Below, one piece after another: positions 1 to 14,104 of a stretch of DNA of 64,000 bases. This DNA is from Marsupella aquatica. Lineage: Eukaryota > Plantae > Marchantiophyta. Where the stretch lies: NCBI GenBank assembly GCA_973895155.1, contig OZ316893.1, positions 12,230,359 to 12,294,358 on the forward strand, in the 5' to 3' direction. A program made the translations under genes and the position numbers. Under the pieces are notes generated by a model, which did not search any database, was not told the origin of the DNA, and saw only the letters and a program-made list of their open reading frames with translations. Numbering within the stretch: the stretch's first letter is position 1; the number at the start of each line of letters is the position of its first letter.

Positions 1-955
1 TCTAGCCTAGATAAGCGTGTATTTGTTGTTTTATTTACATTAATTCACATCAAATATAATTCATTTGTTTTTTAGTCCCTTCACTTTTTGCAGTTTCTAT
101 TTTTTTCACCCATACAGCCACTCCAAGTTTGAATGACGTCCACTGCATAAAAGGCGGAGGTAGAACATTGTATGTATTGTAGTTAGTGATTGCACATCAA
201 TTCCAAAAGAAAGACTCCACATTGCAAGAGGAAAGATGAATCATACACTCTGCATTGATGTTTGGGTGCTCCTACAAAATATTCTCAGTTCCTTAACGCA
301 GTTATCAGAACCTTTAATTATTGCTAAACTTACGTCTGTCATGACATATCAAACTTAGGCGAATAAAGCTGTGCAAGCTGCGTTTTGATTAGTAAGGTCT
401 CACACAAAATTGTTCATGACCTATCAAACTTATTATAGTGGCTTTACAAGAAGTCAGGGGCCCATTGCTTCTGTTTATTCACTATGAGATCAAATCTGGA
501 TGGTGGACTTATCTCTACAAGCACTCAAGGGCCCACTCAGATCTGGTATCTACCAGTGAGTACTACATGGCAAGGGACTTGCAACAACTTGCACTATTGG
601 CAGGGGCAAAATTTTGAAGCCATAGGCACATTTGAAACAGTACCATCTGCCAAGGTATTCTATAATGAAAGCAAACAGGAATTTTGTTAGCGAGGGGAGT
701 GTTGTTAGCGAGACACTTGTGGTATTAAATTTCTTTTGCTTTTTGTTGCCTTTTATATTTTTTGTCCATTTTTTATGACTCCAGATGGGTAGTGCGATCC
801 CTAGCAAAAAGAGGAGTCCCCAAAATGAATGTTATCAACCAGGTTACTGTTAACAAGGCAGTTGCTTATAGAAAAATTAGTGGTCATGTGAGGAAAATTT
901 TTGCTCATGTGAGTAAAATTTCTACAGTTTCCTCGCAGGCTACAATGACCCCCAA

Positions 956-1295
956 CTGACCCACTAATAAAGGGAGAGAAACAAAGGGAAACCCCAGAGA
1001 GTCCCAACAAGAACAAGGCAAAAGAACTAAAGCCCTAATGAGTGACAAATGTGCATTTATGGTGCATGTTTCAAGTGTGGGGTTTGGGGGAAGTGAGGAC
1101 TGAGGAGTACCGGACCCTCATTTTACCCGATCCTACTCCTCAGTCCTCACTCCCCCAAACCCCACACTTGAAGCATGCAGGATAAATGCACATTAACCTC
1201 ATTTTGTCACTCACTAGCGCTTTAGTTATTTTGTCTTGTTCTTGTTGGGACTCTCTGGTTTTCCCTTTGTTTCTCTCCCTTTATTAGTGGGTCAG
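956..1295. repeat. Long inverted repeat / foldback (about 155-bp arms, about 25-bp loop)
   Basis: ctgacccactaataaagggagagaaacaaaggg...gtgaggactgaggagta (956-1109) is the reverse complement, with a few mismatches and indels, of tactcctcagtcctcac...ccctttgtttctctccctttattagtgggtcag (about 1134-1295). Confidence 0.92.
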
Positions 1296-1544
1296 GTGGA
1301 TGTTTCAATTCCCTCCCTTGAGTGGGTCCTTTGGATACTGTGCACGATGACATAAACGCCACCGTATCGTGACGCAAGTGTGATGAGATTATGAGAATCA
1401 CGAGATCTGCTTGAAGTCACGAGCCACTAGTCATCAGCTACAGACTAACAAGACTGCTCCCTGGCCTACGATTGCTACATGGGTAATAAGTTGCTGGATG
1501 ACGACCTACAGATCCCAGCTGACGACAGCTGAGCTACAAGGGTT

Positions 1545-2330
1545 CGGAAAAGTCATACAGTCGTTCGTCTACTTTACATACCAGCAGGACCAAAGTAATT
1601 GAGGGACTGGGTTTGAAGTGCACCCGTTTTCATGCCCTTTAATTGTGAGCACTTTGTCGATAGATGTCTTCACCTCTCTCCTTCAGACAAGTGTTCCGTA
1701 AAAGTTGCGAGAGGATAAAGAGTTCTCATGTATGGTTGGAATACTTTACATACAAGCAGGACCAAAGTTTGAGCACTTTTTTTGGCAAATGAAATCGTCA
1801 GCGGGAACTCGGTTTCCATCACGATTTTCTACCCTCGAAAGGGTTATTTATTTGTTTTTTCAGAGCACAAAACCCTGAACTTACTACTCGGGACTTGCAC
1901 CCAGGATCTAGGCTTTGACCATGAGATACATCTCAAGTTAGTTCTTGAAAAGAGAACAAGAGGTACAAAAATTTCTCATACTCGGAAAAGTCGTAGTTCT
2001 TCTACTTTACATACCAGCAGGACCAGTTCATTGATGTACTGGGTTTGAAGTGCACCCGCTTTCGTGCATTTTGTGGGCACATTTCCAGTAAATGTGTTCT
2101 CCTCTGTCGTTCAGACAAAGTCTTCCATAAGTACGAGAGCTGCTACAAGGTTCTCATGTTCGGAAAAGCTAGTGGTCTACTTTACATACTAGCAGGACCG
2201 AATTCATCGACGTACTGGGTTTGGAGTGCACCCGTTTTCATGCTCTTTGAGATCAGTCAGTCGGGAAACTTGTTCTGAATCCTCTCTCGCTCAAGACAAG
2301 TCTTCCAAACAAGTCACAAGAGGTATAAAA
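1545..2330 (+). pseudogene. Degenerate internally repeated coding-like sequence, possibly a decayed LRR gene
   Basis: The motif tactttacata-c/t-agcaggacc recurs at about 1570, 1743, 2002 and 2178; three copies are followed by ctgggttt-gagtgcaccc-like text. It translates as TLHTSRTK..GLGLKCTRF-like repeats with stops and frameshifts. The LRR identity is a weak guess. Confidence 0.3.
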
Positions 2331-3265
2331 AGTTGTTATCCTTCTGAAACGTTACGAATCCAATCTCATGCACGTCATCGGGGTGGCGTCCATTCTCCTA
2401 AGGCGGTCTAAAGGATTGAATGAATCCTCAGGAGACGGGTCTGTGAATCAGAAGGTTTTCCAATAGTGATAGGTGGGTTCCGGGATCTCACGGGTTCTCA
2501 TGTCTCCAAACCTCCACGTACTTTGCAACAAACGAAACATCGGTATTCTTCATACAGGTGTAAAGTTAAACCGCCACTATCCCAAAAGTTGTGTGAATAG
2601 AACGTAATCACTTTTTTCTCACTTCTTGACTCTGTGACTAACATTCTTGGCTAATTATGGTCACCTGAATACAGTTAGGTTCTAAAACTGCAGGCGGTCT
2701 AAGAACACTGCATGCTGATGTAATTGCTTTTGTGATGCAAGAACAATACGTAAACAATCCGAGTCTGGAAAAGGAAGAAGTAAAGACATTACTGGATATT
2801 AAGCAGAAAACATTTGTTTGACTTTCAAAGATACTGTGAACTGGCGACGACTGGGTCCAATTCGCCACCAGTTTAGTGCCCACTAGAAGTCAGCCGGCCA
2901 ATGAGCTCTGGACCCTCTTTCGCCACCAAGGAGACAAACTAGGAGGATGGAGAAGCTGGATTGGGCACAGAATATCAATTTCATGCAGTTTATCGTTGAT
3001 GTTCCAGATAATTATAAGGGATATGGTCGAGATTCGATTATGTTGCATCTCGCGCCAAATCCGATTCTCTCGATCCACCACGTGTTCAGACAGAATAAGC
3101 TCCTCGATCGGCTCCTGTTTCTGCGGATCCCTTGCGAGGTCCCTTGATGTCTCAAAATGTGTACACATTGATCGAGATCATAGTATGAATTTCAAAACTT
3201 AAAAGTACAGTGAATTGTACATGCGGATTGCCACTGGTGTATACCAAAGAGCTTCACAGATTAAC

Positions 3266-3451
3266 TGACCTCAGCTTGTTTGACTGAATGATTTGATTTC
3301 CACGTTGGAAAATGAAAGAACGTCCGTCTGTGCAAATCTGTGCCCACGTACTGTGACCTCAGCTTGTTTGACTGAATGATTTGATTTCCACGTTGGAAAA
3401 TGAAAGAACGTCCGTCTGTGCAAATTTGTGCAAACGTACTGTGACCTCAGC
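3266..3451 (+). repeat. About 88-bp tandem duplication
   Basis: tgacctcagcttgtttgactgaatgatttgatttccacgttggaaaatgaaagaacgtccgtctgtgcaaat occurs twice, back to back. Confidence 0.9.
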
Positions 3452-5084
3452 CTTCAATTTAGGGGAGAGTTGGTATGTCAAGGTACCATCGTCTGTTATC
3501 TCATACTGAAAACAATCATGGTTCACAACGAGGTTATTAATAGCAAACCGACTTATTCCTAATGTTGAAATAGAAAACCAACTCATGTATCAGATGAGTT
3601 TTCTTATATAAGTTTTCCTTTTTGCTACAATGTGTTCTCTTTTCCATTTGCATCTTGTTGGACCCTATTGTAGCAAACGACGGCAAGTTTCTTCATCACG
3701 AAGCGTGTCTCTCTGAATAAGTAATGTCATTATTGGAGTGCAGACTGAGTAATCTTCCCACTTAGGTCGTCCCGCCGGACCTCAGGGCTGAAGCAGGTGA
3801 ACAGGTATGATCTAGACCCGGCCCACCATTCTACCAAACCTGTTTCCCCAATTTCGATAGTTCCAGTCTGACTCCTGAAGGTGTGAGCTAATTATATTCT
3901 AGTCCATAAAGTACAGTTAGTGAGCATATATATGGCGTCTGCCCTGAATCGCTCAATCAAAAAGACCATTGGCATTCAAAAAATTAGTGGTACTCAGATG
4001 TACGTAATCACATGGTCTTTGTAATCGACTGGACAAATGAACAAGAGATTCTAGAGTCACATCAATTTCAAGTATTGAGTGGATGTGAAGCACAAATGAC
4101 CCTGTCCATTCGAAGCTCCATAAATGGACTCAATGTTGACTGCCAGTACCTTCCATAACACGTCTGCCTTCCTCAATCATAGAAATTCACAAATCCCTGG
4201 CTTTTGCACTACCTTACTTTCTTAGAAGGGATTGAGGTTGTTGATCAGGCTGCGCTTGATAAGATATACGAAGCTCCAATGGAAATTGATTGCATGTAAC
4301 CCGTAAGCCAATAGTACTTGACCCCCTCATCCCGCCGACTGTAGACGGTTGCACTCCAAGTGACGATCGGTTCGTGCAGGGAAGGGCTGCTGCGACCCAA
4401 CAGCTCGGTCCAGATACAACAGGTCCAGGTATGCGAATTGCAGGACATCCGTGAACAACTGAACATGATGCACGAGAAATTGCTGTCCAAAGACGTCACC
4501 TGCAATGTCAAGTTATTAAAGCAGGACAAACGTCAGCCCGCTCAAGGACGTCATCCTTGACCCCTCACACAATACAACCCCTACAGGACGTCATCTGTCT
4601 GCCCTCCCTCACAGACTCACAGTCTCATGCCCTCCCTCACAGTCTCACATATATACTCCAAACAGCTTTAAGTACATTGGAAGTACATTGGGAGTACATT
4701 GGCAGTAACCCCCTTTATTGGGTTATTTCATCTTTGGGGCCATGTCTTGGGACCATGTCTCCTGATTTGGCGTTCCTATCTTTTTGGCGGCAGTGTGATA
4801 TATATGTAAAGATGTTTGAATTGAAAATATCATAGCTTTTTTTATTTATAAAAATATCATTGCTTACTTTGGTGAACTTGGCATTCATATACTAAACTAC
4901 CTTAGTTGATGAACTTGTCATTCATATACTAAACTGTGTCAGTTTAACTTGTCATTCATATACTAAACTGTGTCAATTTTAAAAATAAAAAAAATCGTGA
5001 CAGTTTTGTCAATTAGAATATCTTAAATAGTGACAAAGTACTAAAAAACTAATACTCAAAATGGTACACCTCACAAATGTAAAG

Positions 5085-5815
5085 TGGTACTTGATGGACC
5101 CCATGAGTGTTCTGGACTCTTGATCAACCATAAATACACCCAAAACCTCATGGGGTAACACTTATGGGGTCATAAGTAACACTTTTTCATTTAGGGGTCG
5201 ATACGGATATACTTGATGGAACCTCAAAATGTAAGTGGTTCTTGATGGACCCCATGAGTGATGACTCTTGATCAACCTTAAATACACCCAAAACCTCTTG
5301 GGGTAACACTTATGGGGTCATAAGTAACACTTTTTCCATTTAGGGGTCGATAGGGATATACTTGATGGAACCTCAAAATGTAAGAGGTTCTTGATGGACC
5401 CCATGAGTGATCTGGACTCTTGATCAACCTTAAATACACTTACACAAAACCTCATGGGGTCATAAATAACCTTTTTCATTTAAATAGGGGTCCATAGGGA
5501 TATACTTGATGGAACCCCAAAATGTAAAGTTGTACTTGATGGACCCCATGAGTGATCTAGATTCTTGATAAACCGTAAATCACTTACCCAAAATCTCTTG
5601 GGGTCATTAAGTAACACTTTTTACAAAACCTCATAGGGTCATAAGTAACACTTTTTCATTTAGGGGTCGATGGAAATATACTTGATGGAACCCCAAAATG
5701 TAAAGTTGTACTTGATGGACCCCATGAGTGATCTAGATTCTTGATCAACCTTAAATCAACTTACCCAAAATCTCATGGGGTCATCGAGTAACACTTCTTC
5801 ATTTAGGGGTCTATA
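5085..5815. repeat. Tandem array of about 140-170-bp units (about 5 copies) with internal inverted motifs
   Basis: Repeating cttgatggaccccatgagtg...cttgatcaacc...ctcatggggt...cataagtaacactttt...atatacttgatggaacc. Each unit contains accccatgag and its complement ctcatggggt (or ctcttggggt). Confidence 0.88.
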
Positions 5816-8800
5816 GAGTACATGTCCCCCTCCATGCATGATTGTATCTATCTTTTAATTGGAGTGAAGTTGATCCCTGGAGATGGACCACAATTAGGGG
5901 TCTCAAACCTCAAAATATCACTGACCTTAACTTATTAGTTAAGGTTAAAGTAAAATTTCTGGACAGGCAAATTCATGATCCATAAATATTTGCCACAGGA
6001 TTGGTCATATCTCATGACCCGAAGTCACTGGAGAGGCTGGTGAAAAAAACACAAAAAAGAGTTAAGTAACCCTGTGAAAAAGCTATGGCCATTATTTTGT
6101 TTATGGCCAAAAGCCATGTTCCGCAACTTTGAATCATTGAGACACCCTAATAGTTTATTTGTTGACTCCAATAAACATTTTATTGATTTACATATCACAC
6201 TGCCAAAGAACATCAAGTGCCAAAAAAGGAGACAAGGTTGAGGCCCAATAAATGGTACAAATTGAGTGCAAAACCCAGGATGATCAAAGAGCCAAAAAAG
6301 TCCAAAATTCACCCACAACAGCAAAGACATAAAGCCCTGCTCAGCAGTACAATGACAAGGCTGGTAAAACTCAGGAGCAAACTGCACAGGAGGGTCACAA
6401 AGAGGACAGCGGATAGCGCCACCCGCAATGGTTCTGAGATGGTTCCAAGCCCACAGCACGACACTCCACCTTTGACTGACAGCAGAAGAGGCAAGAACAG
6501 AAAAGGAGAAGAAAATTCCAGAAGTAGTGGGGTTGTACCCTGCAAACTACTGGAAGGAAGGTGCCGGGTACCTGCACAGGCCCCCCCCCCCCCCGCCTTG
6601 ACAAGAGCGCATAGGCAGGCCCCACCCAGAGTCCCACCCAAACCCCGCACCCCCACCCTTGCCTGACAGGCCTCTCCCTTCCCTCTTGCTGATCTAAGTC
6701 CAGAGATCCTGAAAAAAAAGTTTGTAAGGGCAACTCCAAAAGGATTAACACTTATGCAAAGGAAAGATGTTATCTGAAAAAATAAAGAAAACTCTTCAAG
6801 AGTGATCCATGCAAGTTACCCATATACACAAGTCTATATCACACTGCCAAACAACAAAGCAAAAGCAGCAAATTGGGAGAAAGAATCCCAAAGTCAAGAA
6901 ACCGAAGGAGCTTCAGAAACAACTTCAATCCTAAATTTCAATATTAGAGGAGACCAGCGCATCACAGTAGTAGTAGTAGTATAACCAGACATCATAGATG
7001 TGTCAAAAATGGAAATAAAAGCATGGCATAGGACCACATACCCTCCCCTTGGTACACAAAGCTAAACAAAGAAATTTTTTGTGACATTCGTGTCATCTAG
7101 ATACTAGTGGTGATCCTCCTCAATCTGGAGCAAAAGCAAATCCAATTGAAGAGACTACAGGAGGTACAGTAGCTATGTAGATCTCCTTTGACAACCAAAT
7201 TTCTCATTCCCATAAAGTTATCGTGGGATATCATCTCTCGTGGGAAAGCGGCCCCATGAAATCTTCCTCGAACTTGAGACTGCATTCGAACAGGAATTCT
7301 AAATAGATTTAAACATGCCCCCATCCGGTGCGGTACAACAGTTATGGTAAGATTCCATGGGCAGGAGCGAGGTCGATTTGGTACTGACACCTCGCCTCCC
7401 ACCGTTGCATGGATGTTGTTTGCGCTGTACGAAAGGGTACAATGCAATTAATGAAGATTTCAGGCCAAATACAGGTTCTAGCCCACCAATCTGTGGAGTA
7501 GCAAAACTCGTATGTGCGGAAGCATGTTGGAGCCCTCTTCTCGTAGCTGGAATCGTAAGCAAGGTAGCTTTGATACGTGTAGGAATAGAGGTACCGGCAG
7601 AAGCATTCCTTTGTTGAACAGTGGTTTCCTTAGATTGGTTCTCTTATACTATTTGATGAGCGGATTCCATTGATGACTAATTTTTGTCGTGCTCACAAAC
7701 ACAGATCGTGGGTTTTTTTCAGGCATGCCCAAACCAATTCTCAAGAACTGGCCTCGGAATTTGTTGGGTCGGCAAATTCACTCTACGGTTGTCTGAATGG
7801 AGGAATTTACAGTCCAACGAATGTGATTCTCTTTAAGACATTCCTAAGTTGTAAGGGGAGTTGATGGCCGTGATACCTTTTTACGAGAATCCCTTTCTTG
7901 GGTTAGCTGGTTGCTTACTACGACCAGTGGAAAATGAAGAAGTTACTGTTCCAGGAAAATAGGACTCCACCAATGCTGTGAACATATTTAGATTGCTATG
8001 GTACTCGCACGACAAGGGGGCCAATTGATCCAATGTGGAGAGAATTACCTATGAGAAGTTAGTAGATTCGTATGGTTTCTCCTGCACGAATTGGGAGCCG
8101 AATCATAGACACAAAGCACAGCAAGGCGGATCTTGAGAGGCACTTGAGGCTTTTCGGACAAGAGCAACTATTGTAGTCGTAGTGTAGAAATTCTAGATTA
8201 GGTGGGTGAGCCCAACATGCTTGGGATTAGCTTCGTCTGTCTTCTGGATGCAGTACTTTGTGTTCCCTGGAAGTTTAGGGGTTTATTTCTTGCACAAAAA
8301 TTCTAAACATGAAAAGTGTCCTTACAGCTAAGGTTGCCGGGACAAAGAGATGCTGTAGAGGCCAGCGAGAAACACACACGTTCAAGGAAAACGCATGTAC
8401 CAAATATCAGAATTAGCCTGAAAGTGACAGTGCTGAAGAAAGTGAAAGAAAGAGAAGTGATGGTCGCCCCCAGTCTTGCTCACTATATGATCATGCACGC
8501 CTGGAAGAAGACAAGCTTTGTTGCAGAGGTTATTACCGCCTCCCTGAACGTTAACTTTCAGATTCAGTTTGGGTCCCTTCCGCATCCTTTTGCCTAAGAG
8601 ATACTGAGGACAAAAGCCACCTGACCACAAATCTGGAGCCCCAATCTCTCTGGGAGACCAAAGTCCAAAGAAAATTTAGTCTTGGCACCCATCTTTGTGA
8701 CTGTTCAGCCTACGGGCAGTGCAATTCAATTTCAGCAACAAATTGTACATAACTGTGGTAAAGCCTCAGGAGACCGCTTTCAAAGAGTAGGAGTGGTGAG

Positions 8801-9811
8801 TACCGCAGCAGTTGCAAGGGGGGCCCTCTAGGCAAGCTTGATGCTTTGAGCTCACTTGACACATGATGTCTGTTGTGTGATGTCGACGATGGGACATTGA
8901 GGAACTGGGAAGATAAGCAAGAAACCATCTGAAACGAAACTTCCAAGGGGTAATGACTAGACAGCCCATTTCGATAGCAAATTGTTAAAGACACTCGAGA
9001 AGAGATCCATTTGAATGTAAGTACTGTACTTGCACTGTCGAAGAATGCTCAAGGGAAAAGAGAGAGATCATGATGATCCTGTAGAGGATAGAAACGAGGA
9101 ATCTGTTGAAGGCTACTCATAGCATGCCAGGGAAAAGAATTGCCTGAATACCAACCACACGACGAGGTAGACTCTGTCAAAGACAACGAGCTCGCTATCA
9201 CAACCAGTGTTCGAGAAGGCATTTCTTGAAATGTAGCAACTCCAAAACTATCTCCAAGGCTCATGATACGCTCGTTTTACGTCCGTGAACAAACCCTACG
9301 AAAATCTAGGATTTAACACACATAGAGTACAGTCGTAAGACTCTTTTAACTCACAGTCCTCTGATAATATCTAGCAGTCACGAAGGCCAAGAAGCTACCA
9401 TTCCTTGCTCCCCTCCTGTGGAATAAGACCGAAAGGCGGATAAAATTCGGACTAAATCTCTCCAAAGAAGTGCACTATCCCAAGTCTCTTTCAAACTGAG
9501 TCTTAGGGTAAAATATCAAAGGAGTGCAGATTTCTACACTTAAGCAGTCAGAGTAACGAAACGCCTTTCGTAAATGTGACATCAAAACCTGGCATTTCAG
9601 CCACAGCCTTCGACTCGATGAGGGTAATCCGGTCCCCCAAAAAGAAATATTGATAACTTCAAATTGGCGATACCTGTCTTGATATACGCTCCTTCATTCT
9701 CTACAACCGTCCCCCTAAAACCGAAACCCGAATTTTTCAAAATTAATTCCCTTTCCTGTCGGTTTCCTATATTTTCTAAAACTGTTGGTTCTTCATCGTG
9801 TACGTTGGATG

Positions 9812-10985
9812 TCACGACATGTACTTGGTTTCGGGCCCGAATTCTTCTATGGTACGTGTAGCCAAAATTAATAAGTCCATAAACGAACTGAACGAGGCCC
9901 TCAAAAACCTTGCCTCTGTCGCAGTAAAATTGCTGTACCACAACACAAAGCATCCCGTCAATGGATCAGTTCCGCTTCAGATAAATCGCAAAACCCTAAG
10001 AGAGATCACAGGGCACCTCTGAACTAGATGAAAAAGGTTTTGTATGAAACTGCCCCATCGTCAGCTTAGGACCTACACTGCCAACCTTGTAGCGGTTCTA
10101 ATTTCGATCCACTAACCTTGCAGCTGAATTCATGAATACTGCATAATGTTCTCATTTTCGTGCATGCAATTCTCGAGCGCAGAAACTGTAATGTTGTGCA
10201 TCGAGAAAAATTAAGGTTGAACATGATGAAGTCATGACAAAACTGCTTTCTACCGTAGCTTAATGGACTGCAGGGCTTTCGCAAATTTTAAATGAAAGAG
10301 CTGCTGAATCGTTAGGACTCAGGACTTACATCTTAAGTCGTTGGCCTTCCACTGTCATCTCCCTCTTCACTGTATCAGGCTTTAGCTGTTATGCAAAACA
10401 TCCTAATCAGTCCCATTCTTTTGAGTACGGCTAGTTCAAACTAGTCAGCGATCACAGAACCCTAACAACAGCTCAAGAACATGGGACTTCAGGAAATGAT
10501 CGAAAAATTGAGAATTTACGCAAACGGTCAAGTAACAGTTGTCCAAGGGAATCATTATGCTAAACACGACGTGGTCTGTACCTCTGGATCAACTGAAAGA
10601 GTAACCATTACAATTCGTGCCAGCTCTTCTGTTGGATAGTCTACTTCTACATTACTGCATTCCACGGATTCATTAGCGTCCTTCAGAAAGTAAAAAGCAT
10701 GCAAAAATTACTCCTCAAAGGAAGCATTGGTACAAACCTTGTCAACCGATTCGGGGGGAATTTCCAGAGCTCAACTTCAATTCATGAATTGGATTCATTG
10801 CCAATTGCCCTACGCTGCTCTGAGGTAACGCAGTGCAGCAAATTTTGAGGGGAGACAGAGCAAGCTAAGTCGTGAGGAGCTTCGTACCAGGTGAACTGAG
10901 GACGTTCCACAATTGGATTAGCATGGCCGTTAAGTTGAGGCTCCACAACAGCAACGGCTGGCGGTGGACTTGTAATTGTTGCCAT
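9812..10985 (-). CDS. PCC1: EKC/KEOPS complex subunit PCC1 (LAGE3 family), 115 aa, 4 exons: 10985-10888, 10654-10582, 10385-10330, 9932-9812
   Basis: Manual splicing at GT-AG sites with consistent phases gives MATITSPPPAVAVVEPQLNGHANPIVERPQFTCNVEVDYPTEELARIVMVTLSVDPELKPDTVKREMTVEGQRLKINFTATEARFLRASFSSFMDLLILATRTIEEFGPETKYMS*. The motifs LSVDxELxP, VKR and EARFLRASFSxFxD...TIEEFG are characteristic of plant Pcc1. Confidence 0.92.
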
Positions 10986-11292
10986 GACCACCACCCTCTG
11001 CGTATCCCTACCACGGGTCGATCTAAAGGAGGATCCTCGGCCCCAAACAACAGAAAAAAAACCACACTTCACCGCAATCACCCTTCAACTGCGAATCTCC
11101 AGTGTCATTTCTCTCTCTCTCTCTCTGGGACTTGAGATGAAGTGAATGCACTAATTCAAAGCTCCATCCCAACCCACAAACCTCAATCGGATTCTCTCAC
11201 TCACCCACTCACTCGAATAGAACGAGGTTTAGTTCAACTCCCTTATTAACAGGCGGTCAGAGCTTCTAAACCCTAAACATATATATTTCAAA

Positions 11293-11655
11293 CTAGTCGA
11301 GTGCCAGTGCATCGCACTAAAGTTGTTGTCAAGGTCATAAAAAGATGTAGAGCACTAAAGAGCACTAAAGATAAGGTGATAAAAAGATGTCAAGGTGATA
11401 AAAGATATCGAGGAGGAAAAAAAAAATATTGAGATGAAAAAAGATGTAGAGATGAGAAAAAATATCAAAGTGATCAAAAGATGTCGAGATGATAAAAAGA
11501 TGTTGAGGGTGAAAAAAAAATGTGGAAGTGATAAAAAAATGTCAAGATGATAAAAAATGTTGTAGTGAGAAAAGATGTTGAGGAGAGAAACTTAAAGATA
11601 TTGAGGTGATAAAAGATGTCGAGTTGATAAACCCATTGCCCATGCACTGCACAAT
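11293..11655 (-). mobile_element. Helitron-like 3' end(s) with purine-rich repeats of about 19-20 bp
   Basis: The minus strand reads agtgcgatgcact (hairpin) ggcactcga CTAG|T, ending at 11293. A second hairpin, ttgtgcagtgcatggg, lies near 11640-11654. gatgtcgagatgataaaaaa-type repeats fill the space between them. The 5' end was not located. Confidence 0.6.
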
Positions 11656-14104
11656 TGTCATTATAGCCATTTTATTATTGCGACTATTTTGTTATTTGCA
11701 ACCAATTGTCATTGTGACCATTTCATTGTTGTGGCCATTTTTATGTGTGGGGCCATTCATTTGTGTCCTTGGTCAATATGGCTATTGCAAAAAAGAATTA
11801 GGATTTAGTGTTAAATAATGTAAGTTGGAAGAAATTTTTCATAAAGAGAATAGAAAAAATCAAAAAAAATAATTTTAGTTCTCTCCTCAGTAGCCTTTTC
11901 TCCACTTTCCTATGAATGATGTCTTTTAAACTGAAAACTCTAATTTGTATTGTTCTTTATCTATATGTTTACATTAATTGCATGTGACAAACATGTGTCC
12001 AAAAGTGATGTGAGTCTACTTAGATTTTCTTGTTAGACCCACCTACCCATTATAGCCACATGTCAACTCACATTCAATTTCCAGTCACCTTGATATTAGA
12101 ATCATTTTATGGATGTTAGTGCCAAAGTCTAGGTGTGGGTGGAAGCGCATCCCGGTTCCAAGCTAGGAGAGTCTTTATTCTTCCTTTCACCCAATCTGAT
12201 GGACAGGAATATTTAGGCCTTAAATCCAAGGGTCATAATGAGTTCCCTCCAAAACTAATTTTGTAAACAGATGATAAGTAAAAAAGGGCCGGATTGTATA
12301 TTATAATGAGTAGATTGCCAAAAAAACAAAAGGCATCCTAAACTGGGAGCCATGATCTCTAGCAAAACACCCAATCAAAGGGGAACAAACAGGTGGCCAA
12401 AAAGCCAGAATGACCCAGGCAGAAGCCCCCAAAGCCAGAACCCCCAAACCCTAAACACTTACAAATAGAGAAACCATATTGTAGGTTTTAGGGACTCTAG
12501 ACAGATTTGTGTTAGTAAACCCTAAACACCTAAAGTATTCACCCTAGTAAGTGTTATTCAAACCAATTAGAGCAGGAATTTGAGAGGACATTTTCCGGAT
12601 CTACTCATGAATTTGCGTTACTCACATTAAACCTGTCATAGCACTAATTCCGTGCACATGACTTTTCTGTTTGGCATTTTGGTTCTTTGGAAGTGTGATA
12701 TATAACGGAAACTAAAATTTCAAATCTTACTACGCCAACTGAAGTCTACTTTTAAGAGCCTAGGTCTAGAGTGAAGCCTCTAGACCGTAACTATATGGCC
12801 ATCATGTGCATGGGAGAAACTCATGACATGACTATGATGTATGCAAAATAGTACATGCAATGTGATAATTTCTAAGTATTTACATTCAAAAAATATGGGC
12901 ACTATGGCCCCACCACAACATATGTGCATAGAAGATGGATGTGCACATAATGGAGAATGATATATTATATATGACTATTAAAATGATGAATTTTTTTATT
13001 ATTTCATTAACTTTCAAAGAATATGAATAGAGTATATATTTTGATAATACTTTTATTATCCTCTCCGCTATTCATGTTCAAAGAACAGGCAGTCGGGGCT
13101 AGTCATCTTTAAAAGAGAAACCCTCAGATCATCACATTTACTACGTTGTACTTTTTTTGCACTGTTCAATAATTCGTTCCTTTTCTCTTACCTACACAAA
13201 TAAAATCTGGCTGAAATGAAAAGCAGTCAAAGCCTCTTTGACTCCATGTTCGAGCTCTCAACACTCTCCTTCAGCAAAGCAACCCTCCATGCTACTGCAG
13301 ACTTGTCTGCTCCTCAGTTCAAACTAAAGCCCTCTTCAAGAGTGTAGTTTGTATCAGGTATCAATTGCTCCTATCAGCCATTTGTATGTCAAACTTTCTT
13401 ACTAGGACAGACCGCCAAAATGGCTCAGCAAGGGCAGCCAAGAGCAATTTTTTGAACTAATGTGGCCCTGGATGTGGCCACAAGAGAGAAAAGCTGACCA
13501 AAATATTGATGTTCAAGTTGGGAAAGGTCACTAGTAAGCTTCAGTGGTATTGGTGACCTATAAGTGATGGGGTTAACAACCTCCCCCTTAGAGGAAGTCC
13601 ATGTCCCATTTGCAAACTTATTTAGGGCACTAGATGTGGACCATTAGCTCACGACTATATCCTTTCCTGTTATTTTTATTTTTCTTCCTCCTAGGTTTTT
13701 AGGGTTTTCATTTGCCCACTTCTTTATTTTAGGCTAACTATCTGGTAGTGTTACTTCTTGAAATTATATTTTATATCCTTTTTAGAATATTCCAAAAATA
13801 AAATATACTTTAAAGGTCTTTTGTTCACTTATTATGGTCCTTAGCCATTTACTCTTCTCCACGTGTAGGTTTTAGTTTCTCATTGCAAGTCATATTGTCT
13901 GTACAATGTTGAGCCAGGCAAACACAACAAAAATGTCAGCAGGTCCAATCAGAAGTAAGCATAGGACACGAAAGTACGATCAAATGCATCCAATATCCTT
14001 TACAAGTATGTGGACGCCCATATTTCTCCCCGCATATGCTAGTCAAGATCCGGTTGCCGTGTATCTTGTAAGCCAAACTGTATGCCCTTAATCCTACAGT
14101 AGAC

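Noticed and set aside
6025-6751. Overlapping 115-149-aa ORFs around a poly-C run
   Set aside because: Low-complexity, strand-skewed sequence with no recognisable domain.
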